Shown piece by piece: positions 9,488 to 18,581 of a stretch of DNA of 64,000 nt (position 1 is its first letter; each line of letters opens with the position of its first letter). Under the pieces are notes generated by a model that saw only the letters and a program-made list of their open reading frames with translations, made no database searches and had not been told where the DNA came from. The stretch is taken from the NCBI GenBank assembly GCA_051715445.1, contig JBPXJU010000023.1, positions 171,914 through 235,913 of the forward strand, in the 5' to 3' direction. This stretch comes from Bacteroidota bacterium (GTDB taxonomy: Bacteria; Bacteroidota; Bacteroidia; Cytophagales; Cyclobacteriaceae). Both the position numbers and the translations under genes were made by a program.

Positions 9488-9596
9488 CGATATAGTTTAC
9501 ATATTGAGTTGTACATCACGAGTTTTTCTTCAAAAAATTTAAAATCTTAGCTGAAATGATGTTTTTTCAGGGCCAAGAAGGAATAGATTCTCAAAT

Positions 9597-11054
9597 TTAA
9601 TCCTCGCCCAAACTCAGGTTTCTCAATCCGGCTGCCCAATACAAGCTGGCTTTTTGTTTTTCGAACTCCGCCCGAAGTTTCAGTAACTTGGATTGGGATT
9701 GAATGAGCTTTTCCTGTTGCACATTGATTTTGAATAAATCACTTTCACCATTTTCCAGATTCAGTAGTTCACCCTGCAGCAGGCGTTGGTAATTAGCAGC
9801 CATTAAATTTTGCTGTTGCAATAACGTATTGGTATTTACCAGCTGGTTAAACGTGGCTTGTACCTGGTTTAAGATTTCGCGTTCAGTTTGAGTGCGTTCG
9901 TAAGTTGTGTTTTGAATTTTTAACCGCGTTTGGGCAACCTTGGCGCGCTCTTTCCGCAAAAGAATAGGCATATAAAAATCTAACCCGAATTTATAATTAT
10001 TCAGAAAAGTAAAAGTTTGAAACTCACCCGTGGGACGTAAAGGCTGGTTAAGAAAATTATAGTTCAGGTTCAGTCTTGGTTTTAAATATTCGGTGGCGAG
10101 TTTACGATCGATCTCCAGTTGATCAAGCTTAACGGAAAGTTTTTGCAGTTCAGGATGGTTTGTGGTAGCAAGTTTTAATAATTGCTCCAATGCAGCATTT
10201 GATAGTATTTCCGGCTCGCCAATGGGTTGTGGAGCAAGTCTTGCTGAAATCTGTAGTGGATTACCAACAGAATCCCACAAATGGTTGGAAAGCTTAACAG
10301 ATGAATTGATCAGATCCAGGTAAGCTTCTTGTCGCTCTACCTGCCGTTGCTGGCGGGTTATGTCGGCCTGCAGTGTATCCAGTCCGCTGGCTTCACCCAA
10401 CTGCTCGTTCAACCTAACTCTTCTGAAAATTTCTTCTGCAATTTGAGCGTTGCGGGTGTTAAGTTGATAATTGAAGTAAGCATAATACCATTGCCAGTAA
10501 TCCTTTGCTGCTTCCAATAAAATCTTGTTAATCAGTTTTACTTGTTCAGCTTCTGCAAGGGTAATACCCAGTTGTGCTTGTTTAAGGGTGGCTCTTCGTT
10601 CGTCTGTAAACAACCCGCGACCAATTGGTAAAGAAAGTCCTGCAAATAATTGCCGGTTGTAATCTTCATCGGGTAATTGATTTTCAATGCTCAGGTAGGT
10701 ACCGGTGTTGCGTTCAATTCCAACTTTAGGATCAACCGGAAACCAGGTAGGTACCGTAAACGACCCATACCATTTATTGTAATATTCTTTTTGATCGTAC
10801 TCTTTCAGGTTGCCTTGTACTTCTATTTTCGGATCGAAGGCACCACGCGCAAAACGGATATCCTGCCGGGCCACCTCGCTCAGTAACTCAGCTTGTTTAA
10901 TAAGCGGATGATACTGCCACATGGATGCATACAGATTATTAAGCGTAAAGGTTGTTACACTATCGGGTACCTGTAATGCATCCGTTAAAGCAGTTTGTGC
11001 CAGGCAGCTAACCGAACTCCATATAAACAACCCTATGAAGAATAGACGCTTCAT
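9597..11054 (-). CDS. TolC family outer membrane channel
   Basis: Signal peptide, helical repeats, RGAFDPK, GLSLPIGRG, GLDFYMPI, GESDLF. Confidence 0.9.
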   Translation of the reverse strand: MKRLFFIGLFIWSSVSCLAQTALTDALQVPDSVTTFTLNNLYASMWQYHPLIKQAELLSEVARQDIRFARGAFDPKIEVQGNLKEYDQKEYYNKWYGSFTVPTWFPVDPKVGIERNTGTYLSIENQLPDEDYNRQLFAGLSLPIGRGLFTDERRATLKQAQLGITLAEAEQVKLINKILLEAAKDYWQWYYAYFNYQLNTRNAQIAEEIFRRVRLNEQLGEASGLDTLQADITRQQRQVERQEAYLDLINSSVKLSNHLWDSVGNPLQISARLAPQPIGEPEILSNAALEQLLKLATTNHPELQKLSVKLDQLEIDRKLATEYLKPRLNLNYNFLNQPLRPTGEFQTFTFLNNYKFGLDFYMPILLRKERAKVAQTRLKIQNTTYERTQTEREILNQVQATFNQLVNTNTLLQQQNLMAANYQRLLQGELLNLENGESDLFKINVQQEKLIQSQSKLLKLRAEFEKQKASLYWAAGLRNLSLGED

Positions 11055-12340
11055 TTTTTGTCGGTAGTTTTGTATTCCTGAGTAGCATTATTCATATCTA
11101 ATGGCTCTTCATATAAACTTGGCGGGAAACCGTTAAGCTGTCGCCAGATTTCGTACCACACCGGTACATCATCTAACATTACCCAACCCTGGGTGCCCGA
11201 ACCATTCCGGATTTTTTTCGGCCAAGGATCATCGTTTTTATCGGGTATAACCAGAATGCGAAACTCACCAGGCTTTGAATTCACATAGTCAATCACTTCT
11301 ACAGTTCCACCAAACGAACCCACTGACACGCTGGGCCAACCACTAAACTGCAGGGCTGGAAAACCATCAAACTCGATGCGTACATGCCGGCCCTTACTGA
11401 TCAGCGGAACATCCATTGCCTTTACATACATCTCTACGGCAACATCATTGGATTGTGGCATGATGGTACATACCGGCTCTCCTTCTTTTAATGTTTCGCC
11501 TATACCTGCACGCGCGGCCTTGACCACAAAACCATTTTGGGGCGCAAGAATAAAATATTGCTGACTGCGAATTTCCATGTTAGCCAACTCGTTGCGCAGT
11601 TTGGCCAACTCTGCCTGAGTGTCAAATTGCTCGGCAAGTGTATTACTCAGGTCCGAATCGGCTTTATTAATTTTATCTAAGTATTCAGCCTCTACCCGTT
11701 CTATTTCAATACGGGCATTAGTCAGATCAGCTTCAGCACCCTGATACTTATACTCCATGTCCTGATACTTGGTAAGTGGAATGTTTCCGGCCTCAAACAA
11801 TTTTTTGTTTCGCTCAAACTGATTTTTTGCGTTGGCAAATTTTACCTGCTCAGCTTCCAGTTTGGCTTTGGATTGTTCTATTTTAGTGCGCATCCCATCA
11901 CGCAAGGCATTGATTTGCTTTTGTAATGCTTTGGCTTTATCGTCTTTTGATCTTAAACTATTCTCTTTTGATGCAATTACTTCGCGCAAGCGCAGGAGCA
12001 ACTGGGGGTCAAAATATTTTTCTTTTACTTCGCTAACTACGGCAATGGTATCGCCTTTATTTACCAGTTGGCCCTCATTCACATTCCAGGTTTGAATTCG
12101 GCCGGCAATAACTGTTTCTACGGTTTGCGGGCGGTTGGCCGGATTAAGCGCAGTAACTTTACCATTACCCCGAATGTTTTGTTGCCAGGGAAGAAACAGG
12201 ATAATAAAGAAAACAACCCCTATGCCCATGAGCCAGCGCGCCAGTATCTTACCCGCCATGGGTGTGTTCAGCGAGCGCAAAGAATATAGCCGGTCTTGCG
12301 GCATCATTTTCTCTACTGAATTTGAGGATATCTTGAGCAT
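11051..12340 (-). CDS. HlyD family membrane fusion protein
   Basis: N-terminal TM, lipoyl half-motifs (IAGRI..W.VNEGQ.V.KGD; ILAPQNGFV), long coiled coil. Confidence 0.9.
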   Translation of the reverse strand: MLKISSNSVEKMMPQDRLYSLRSLNTPMAGKILARWLMGIGVVFFIILFLPWQQNIRGNGKVTALNPANRPQTVETVIAGRIQTWNVNEGQLVNKGDTIAVVSEVKEKYFDPQLLLRLREVIASKENSLRSKDDKAKALQKQINALRDGMRTKIEQSKAKLEAEQVKFANAKNQFERNKKLFEAGNIPLTKYQDMEYKYQGAEADLTNARIEIERVEAEYLDKINKADSDLSNTLAEQFDTQAELAKLRNELANMEIRSQQYFILAPQNGFVVKAARAGIGETLKEGEPVCTIMPQSNDVAVEMYVKAMDVPLISKGRHVRIEFDGFPALQFSGWPSVSVGSFGGTVEVIDYVNSKPGEFRILVIPDKNDDPWPKKIRNGSGTQGWVMLDDVPVWYEIWRQLNGFPPSLYEEPLDMNNATQEYKTTDKK

Positions 12341-12343
12341 CGG

Positions 12344-14515
12344 TTAGGCGATTAAATCTTTCAACAATTCTTTTTTAGTTAACTCCTCCATGGTGCCCTC
12401 GTGTTGTACTATACCTTCGTCTAATACAAGTACCCGATCGCACGCACTCATGATCAAAGGATCTTTCGACACAATAATTACTGTCCACGGGTGGTTAGGC
12501 TGCGTAATGCATTTGAGCAACTCTAACTTGTCGGTTTTGGCAAGCGGTGTAAAGAAGTCGTTCAGCACTAAAAGTTGTGGTTTTTTAGCCAGGCATCGGG
12601 CCAGAATAAGTTTTTGAATAACTGTTTTGGTTAATCCTTTACCACCGCTAATAATCGGTGTGTCTAATCCTTTCGGCAGGGCATTGATGGTGTCGCTTAA
12701 TCCTACTTGTTGCAGGGCATAAATGGCATCATGCACCGAGGTAGTTATGCGGCCCAGTGTAATGTTTTCAAGTATGGTACCATCAAACAGATCTTCCTGC
12801 GAAATGTTTTTGGCAACCTGATCACGTAAATGTGTAAGATCAATATCGCGCAAGGAATAATTGTTGATGGTAACCACGCCTTCATAATCGGTGTATAAGC
12901 CGGTAAGCAGATTCATCAATGTAGTTTTGCCTGAGTTTCCTTGCCCGGTAATGCAAATTGTTTCTCCCGGTTTAATGTCCAGGTTAATTCCCTTTAATGC
13001 ATAATAGCCGGAAGCACTGTACCGGTATTTCAAATCCCGGGTGCGTACATGAAAGCCTCCGGTTTGGGCAACCGGAAAATCAAGACCGCCTGTTTTTTCA
13101 ATAGGCAAATCGGTAACCTGTGCTACTTTATCTACAGCCGTTAATAAATCATACACCACATCCATGTACATGATAATTTTTTCTACTGCATTTAGAGTTA
13201 AGATGATTACGATTTCGGAAGCAACAAACTGCCCGAGTGTAATCTGGCGATCAACCACCAGCAGTGTACCCATAATTAACAGTCCTCCGGTAATTAAGGC
13301 TTTAAATATTACAATGAAGGAAAACTGTGTGACCAGCACCCGGAAATGGACCTTTCGGTTTTTAAGGTAGTTGTTTAAGTTATAGTCAGTTTTACGAATG
13401 GGCAAATCCGTACTACCGGCCAGCTTAAATGAATGCAAAGCGCGACCCAACTCTTCCAGCCAATGGGCAACTTTGTATTTGTATTTAGATTCTTCAATGC
13501 TTGAACTTAAACCGCGTGGTCCGGTGAGCGAGAAAATTAACGCCAGCATGAGTAACAACACCAGTCCAAAGAAAACAAAGAAGGGGTGGTACAATGAAAT
13601 CAGTAACAACCCGAATAAAATTTGAATGACTGCTGATGAAAGGTCAATTAAAAGTTTGGGTAATCCTTTTTGAATATTAACTACATCAAAAAACCGATTG
13701 ATTAATTCCGGGGCATAGTTACGTTGCAGGGCTTCCATGCGAATACGCGGAATGCGAAAGGCAAATTCCAGCGATGCTTTGGTAAAAATTCTTCGTTGCA
13801 GAAATTCCACCAGACTAATTTGTACAACCTGCAATCCTCCACTTAACAATACACCCAGAATAACAAGGGTAATGAGTACGTAAACCGAACTGAAAAATAC
13901 ACCACCCGAAATAAGTTCAACGGTGGTTTGAATACCCAATGGAATTACCAACCCTATTAAACCGATGATAATGGCATAAAACAGGATGTAAAAAATTTCT
14001 TTTTTCTCGGTGCCGAGTAGCCGGAGTAATCGCTTAAAGGGTGTTGGAGCCTTACCATCCGTAGGTTCCATACTAACCGGGCTTTCATAATTGAACACGG
14101 CAAAGAATTCAACTTCATCAAGGCCCGTGGTATGTAAGGGCAGATTCTCTATGGAATGAAATTCTTCTGTACTGTCTGTTTCGCTCTCAATATAGATGGC
14201 TGAGATTTTTTTTCGCTTTTCAGGCGAAAGAAGAACCGGATAAATATGATTTCGCCTTTTTACAAACGTAAGAATAGGTGCGGTTTGGTTGGTAAAGAAT
14301 TCTTCAAAGGCTGTACGCTCTAACCGGTAAGGCATAAATAACATGCGCATGGCATTGCCGGCTTCAACCAGATCGCGCTTAAACTCAGTTAAATCTTCTT
14401 CGCTATAGGTGCGCTGATTAGCTTCTACTGCATGCAAATCTTCCGAAGCATAATCATGCTTCAACTTAAACGCTACTTCGCGCAGGCACCTAACAATCTG
14501 ATCGTTATTGAGCAT
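12344..14515 (-). CDS. type-I-secretion-like ABC transporter (N-terminal extra domain + TMD + degenerate NBD)
   Basis: About 6 TM, Walker A GQGNSGKT, Q-loop SQE; signature, Walker B, D-loop and H-switch are non-canonical. Confidence 0.88.
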   Translation of the reverse strand: MLNNDQIVRCLREVAFKLKHDYASEDLHAVEANQRTYSEEDLTEFKRDLVEAGNAMRMLFMPYRLERTAFEEFFTNQTAPILTFVKRRNHIYPVLLSPEKRKKISAIYIESETDSTEEFHSIENLPLHTTGLDEVEFFAVFNYESPVSMEPTDGKAPTPFKRLLRLLGTEKKEIFYILFYAIIIGLIGLVIPLGIQTTVELISGGVFFSSVYVLITLVILGVLLSGGLQVVQISLVEFLQRRIFTKASLEFAFRIPRIRMEALQRNYAPELINRFFDVVNIQKGLPKLLIDLSSAVIQILFGLLLISLYHPFFVFFGLVLLLMLALIFSLTGPRGLSSSIEESKYKYKVAHWLEELGRALHSFKLAGSTDLPIRKTDYNLNNYLKNRKVHFRVLVTQFSFIVIFKALITGGLLIMGTLLVVDRQITLGQFVASEIVIILTLNAVEKIIMYMDVVYDLLTAVDKVAQVTDLPIEKTGGLDFPVAQTGGFHVRTRDLKYRYSASGYYALKGINLDIKPGETICITGQGNSGKTTLMNLLTGLYTDYEGVVTINNYSLRDIDLTHLRDQVAKNISQEDLFDGTILENITLGRITTSVHDAIYALQQVGLSDTINALPKGLDTPIISGGKGLTKTVIQKLILARCLAKKPQLLVLNDFFTPLAKTDKLELLKCITQPNHPWTVIIVSKDPLIMSACDRVLVLDEGIVQHEGTMEELTKKELLKDLIA

Positions 14516-14520
14516 GGGTA

Positions 14521-15192
14521 TCAGCTTATGGATTTAAACAATAATGACTCAAGAAATTTTTCTAACTCATGTTGACGGTCGTCACTCTTACCCAGATTGG
14601 TAAGGGCTGGTAAATGTTCTGCAAAAAATACCTGTTGTTTGGCCGTAAGTAAAAGCGTACTGATTAAGGCGTGCGGGTAAGGATAGGCCGGATTAATTTC
14701 AGCCACCCAGCCACCAATTTTTTTACATAACAACTTGAAGCCGCCAAACAAACCCTCTCGGTTATCGCTGTCAACCTGTTTGGTTAAATAGGTTTTATCA
14801 AGTTCGGCCACCACAATTCTATGCAGCGCTACCTCATCAATAAAATCGAACGTATCGTCAAACTTTTTTTCAGAGGCTACCACTTTAATGCAGGCCTTAA
14901 GCTTTTCTTGTGGTGTGGCCAGATTGCTGGTAAATACTTCAATGCGGTATTCTAACCAGGTCCAGTACCAGCCTGTCAGGTATAACAAAAGCCGGTGTTT
15001 GTTTTCGAAATAGCGGTAGACAGATGCTTCGGTCGAGTCGATTTCTTCGGCTAGTTTTTTAAATGTGAATTGCTCGAAGCCGAGTGTATCAATCAGTCTT
15101 ACACTGGTGCTGATAATCTTCTGGCCAAGTTCAGTCTGCTGGGGGTCGCGCAGGTATAAATGAGGATTTAATCTAAAGTAGAGAGTTGCCAT
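14521..15192 (-). CDS. TetR/AcrR family regulator
   Basis: GFEQFTFKKLAEEIDSTEASVYRYFENK HTH; first gene of the operon. Confidence 0.92.
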   Translation of the reverse strand: MATLYFRLNPHLYLRDPQQTELGQKIISTSVRLIDTLGFEQFTFKKLAEEIDSTEASVYRYFENKHRLLLYLTGWYWTWLEYRIEVFTSNLATPQEKLKACIKVVASEKKFDDTFDFIDEVALHRIVVAELDKTYLTKQVDSDNREGLFGGFKLLCKKIGGWVAEINPAYPYPHALISTLLLTAKQQVFFAEHLPALTNLGKSDDRQHELEKFLESLLFKSIS

Positions 15193-15195
15193 TTT

Positions 15196-15252
15196 GATAA
15201 CAAAACTATCTTTATTGATAGTAATACTATCTTAACTGATAGTATTAGTAAA
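15196..15252. promoter_or_regulatory. three phased TetR operator-like sites overlapping a -7 promoter element
   Basis: GATAACAAAACTATC (15196), perfect GATAGTAATACTATC (15217), GATAGTATTAGTAAA (15238); minus-strand TAGTTTTG at 15208-15201. Confidence 0.65.
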
Positions 15253-15310
15253 ATGTTTCAAAAGGCTTGAAAAATTCTTTCAAAACCCCATTTTTCATCA
15301 AAATGGAGGG

Positions 15311-16096
15311 TTAAATCCCGCTTTCGCGAATCAGGATAAAGAGGCCCATAGCTAAGGTAAGCCAGCCAAAAGCCTTGCGCAGATAAGCAGCAGGTCGCTT
15401 GCGGGCTATGGCATGGCCAGCCAGAATTCCACCCACAGCCAGGGCGGTTATGGTAAGTAAAAAAGACCAATCGATGGCATGCGTAAGTACATCGCCCAAA
15501 AAACCGAGCAAGGAATTAATGGCTATTATAAATAGCGAAGTACCTACCGCTATTTTAAAATTGAGTCCGGTTAGAAATATCAGTGCGGGTATAATCAGAA
15601 ACCCGCCACCGGCACCCACCAGGCCGGTTAAAAAGCCGATCAGGATTCCCTGCACAACTACCAGAAATGTGCGGAAGCGCGTGTGCTTCGCTTCGGGCTC
15701 CTTTCGGTTTTTAATCATAGAGAAAGAAGCAAGAACCATTAAAATACCAAATAGCCCCAACAGCAGTGCCCGTTTGGTAAGGGTAAACGATTCGGTTTGA
15801 AAAACAATTTCAGGTATAGCCGGTACAATCCATTTACGTGTGCTGAATATGGCTACAATGGAAGGAATGCCAAACAGAATTCCGGTTCGAAGATTAACAA
15901 GGTGCTCGCGGTATTTGGGAATAGCGCCTACCAAACTGGTTGTGCCTACAATGAACAACGAATAAGCTGACGCCATTACCGGTTCGATACCAAACAGGTA
16001 AACTAATATAGGAATGGAAAGGATAGAACCACCGCCACCTAACGCACCTAAAACCATACCCACCGCAATGGCAGCAAAATATCCGAGTATTTCCAT
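15311..16096 (-). CDS. TSUP (TauE/SafE) family permease
   Basis: GALGGGGSILSIP and GLVGAGGGFLIIP repeats, AVGTSL; start MEILGY. Confidence 0.9.
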   Translation of the reverse strand: MEILGYFAAIAVGMVLGALGGGGSILSIPILVYLFGIEPVMASAYSLFIVGTTSLVGAIPKYREHLVNLRTGILFGIPSIVAIFSTRKWIVPAIPEIVFQTESFTLTKRALLLGLFGILMVLASFSMIKNRKEPEAKHTRFRTFLVVVQGILIGFLTGLVGAGGGFLIIPALIFLTGLNFKIAVGTSLFIIAINSLLGFLGDVLTHAIDWSFLLTITALAVGGILAGHAIARKRPAAYLRKAFGWLTLAMGLFILIRESGI

Positions 16097-16112
16097 TATA
16101 ACAGCATCGCAA

Positions 16113-16808
16113 TTAAAGGCGACTGTAATCCACAATAAACGAATCGGGGAATTTCTTTTTTACTTCAGTTAGTAATTCATCGGCTTTGGGTCGCGTGCTT
16201 AAAGGCCCAAGTATTAAACTATAATACTTTACTCCGTTAATCACCTTTACCTGCACCATTACATTTTTCTTATACGAGTTCTTCAGGTTGTCGGAAAGGC
16301 GCATCAGGTTAACCAACTCCTGATAGGTTCCTATCTGCACGCCAAAGCCTTTGGGCAGTAATCGAGTTATACCAAAATCGTAAAATTCTTTTTCTTCTAC
16401 GGTAACGTGATCAATACTTACCGGGCCTTCGCCTTTATTGGCTCTGCTTTTGCCATCTCCGGCATCAATCACTTCAATTTTTACTTCGGCTATACCTTGG
16501 TTAATAAAACCAAGCTTTTCCGCTGCCGATTTTGAAAGATCGATAATCCGGCCTTCCACATACGGGCCGCGGTCGTTAATTACCACTTCAACGGTTTCGT
16601 TGTTGGCCAGGTTGGTAACTTTTACTTTAGTGCCGAACGGAAGAGTTTTATGGGCCGCTGTAAGTTTGGAGTGTTTATACTTCTCTCCACTGGCTGTAGG
16701 GCTGCCTTCAAATTTGTCGGCATAGAATGAAGCCTTTCCGGTTTGGGTCTGCGCCAGCACAACTCCGGTTGCGCAAATGGCAAAAAATAGCAAGACGAGT
16801 TTTTTCAT
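16113..16808 (-). CDS. rlpA: septal ring lytic transglycosylase RlpA with C-terminal SPOR-like domain
   Basis: GKASFY, TASGE, TAAHKTLPFGT, INDRGP, IIDLS; GFGVQIG SPOR start. Confidence 0.9.
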   Translation of the reverse strand: MKKLVLLFFAICATGVVLAQTQTGKASFYADKFEGSPTASGEKYKHSKLTAAHKTLPFGTKVKVTNLANNETVEVVINDRGPYVEGRIIDLSKSAAEKLGFINQGIAEVKIEVIDAGDGKSRANKGEGPVSIDHVTVEEKEFYDFGITRLLPKGFGVQIGTYQELVNLMRLSDNLKNSYKKNVMVQVKVINGVKYYSLILGPLSTRPKADELLTEVKKKFPDSFIVDYSRL

Positions 16809-16976
16809 GATTCAAAGTTACTAAGGTTTGAAGAAACCTTTCAGGTCTTTTATGGCGCAATAAAAAAGCGGTTGTCTTAACATAAAAGCTCAGGCAGGCA
16901 TTTGAAATTAACTTTTTAGACAGCCTCTTTAGCCGTTAACTTTTAAATCTGGTATTGGTAATCGGGCTTTTTAAGT

Positions 16977-16984
16977 TAACTTTG
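16977..16984 (+). promoter_or_regulatory. Bacteroidota -7 element for guaB
   Basis: TAACTTTG matches TAnnTTTG, 33 nt upstream of the ATG. Confidence 0.55.
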
Positions 16985-17017
16985 CCCGGCAAATAACGAA
17001 TCCTAATCTTATTTGCC

Positions 17018-18490
17018 ATGGCTCTCGATTCTTCCAAATTCCTTTTTGAAGCCCTTACATACGATGACGTGCTGCTGGTTCCGGCCTACAGCGAAGTGCT
17101 TCCGCGCGAAACCTCAACAGTTGGCTCGCTTACAAAAAAAATAAAGCTCAACATCCCCATTATTTCGGCTGCGATGGATACCGTTACCGAAGCCGAACTC
17201 GCTATTGGTATTGCGCTGGAAGGTGGCCTTGGGTTTATTCATAAAAACATGACCATTGCCGAGCAGGCCGCCCAGGTACGTAAGGTAAAACGCTCGCAAA
17301 GTGGAATGATCCTCGATCCGGTAACACTGCAAATAAACTCTACCGTTCGCGATGCTGAAAAAATTATGCGCGAGTTTAAGATTGGTGGAATTCCCGTGGT
17401 AGATGGCAACGGCAAACTGGTAGGTATTATCACCAACCGCGACCTGCGTTTTCAAAAAGATATGTCGTTGCCTATCGAGCAGATCATGACGAAAGAAAAC
17501 CTGATTACGGCACCGGAAGGAATTACGTTGGAGAAAGCAGAAGTTATTTTGCAGAAATACAAAATTGAAAAACTCCCTATTATAAACAAGAAAGGCAAAC
17601 TTACCGGCCTTGTTACCTATAAGGACATCTTAAAGAAAAAAAATAAACCCAATGCCTGCCATGATGAATACGGGCGCCTGCGGGTAGGTGCCGCTGTGGG
17701 TGTAACAGCCGATTTAGCAGAACGGATTAGTGCATTAAAAAATTCCGGTGTTGATATAATCAGCATCGATACAGCTCATGGCCACTCCAAAGGTGTGATA
17801 GAAGCCGCAAAGAATGTGCGTAAAAAATTTCCTGAACTTCAACTGGTTGTTGGCAACATTGCAACTGGCGAAGCAGCTAAAGCATTGGCTAAAGCTGGAG
17901 CCGATGCGGTGAAAGTTGGGGTTGGCCCGGGCAGTATTTGTACCACGCGTATTGTAGCCGGTATCGGATTACCACAACTTTCGGCAGTATATGAAGCAGC
18001 AAAAGCGTTACGCGGAAGCGAGGTGAAAGTAATTGCCGATGGAGGAATTCGGTTTTCGGGCGATGTAGTTAAAGCCTTGGCAGCCGGTGCAGATAGTGTA
18101 ATGATAGGTTCTTTGCTGGCCGGCACAGAAGAAGCACCGGGCGAAATGATAATTTATGAAGGCCGCAAATTCAAAACCTATCGGGGTATGGGTTCACTCG
18201 AAGCAATGGATGACGGCTCGAAAGACCGCTATTTTCAGGATGCCGAAGATGATATTAAAAAACTGGTACCCGAAGGAATTTCCGGTCGTGTACCATTCAA
18301 AGGTTCAGTTGCCGAAGTGTTGTATCAATTGGTGGGTGGCCTTAAAGCTGGTATGGGTTATTGCGGAGCAAAAAATCTGGAGAAGTTGAAATCGGCCAGG
18401 TTTGTAAAGATTACATCGGCCGGTGTGCACGAAAGCCATCCGCACGATGTAACCATTACCCGCGAGGCGCCTAATTATAGCCGCAAGTAA
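17018..18490 (+). CDS. guaB: IMP dehydrogenase
   Basis: [18 protein letters not shown] pair, GPGSICTTR catalytic Cys, IADGG, YRGMGS. Confidence 0.98.
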   Translation: MALDSSKFLFEALTYDDVLLVPAYSEVLPRETSTVGSLTKKIKLNIPIISAAMDTVTEAELAIGIALEGGLGFIHKNMTIAEQAAQVRKVKRSQSGMILDPVTLQINSTVRDAEKIMREFKIGGIPVVDGNGKLVGIITNRDLRFQKDMSLPIEQIMTKENLITAPEGITLEKAEVILQKYKIEKLPIINKKGKLTGLVTYKDILKKKNKPNACHDEYGRLRVGAAVGVTADLAERISALKNSGVDIISIDTAHGHSKGVIEAAKNVRKKFPELQLVVGNIATGEAAKALAKAGADAVKVGVGPGSICTTRIVAGIGLPQLSAVYEAAKALRGSEVKVIADGGIRFSGDVVKALAAGADSVMIGSLLAGTEEAPGEMIIYEGRKFKTYRGMGSLEAMDDGSKDRYFQDAEDDIKKLVPEGISGRVPFKGSVAEVLYQLVGGLKAGMGYCGAKNLEKLKSARFVKITSAGVHESHPHDVTITREAPNYSRK

Positions 18491-18581
18491 CACGTTCGTT
18501 TCGGTTTAACGCCTATTAATTAATATTGTAAAACCATCAAGCCCGGTATGCGTACACGGGCTGTATTGAGATTTAAAACGC

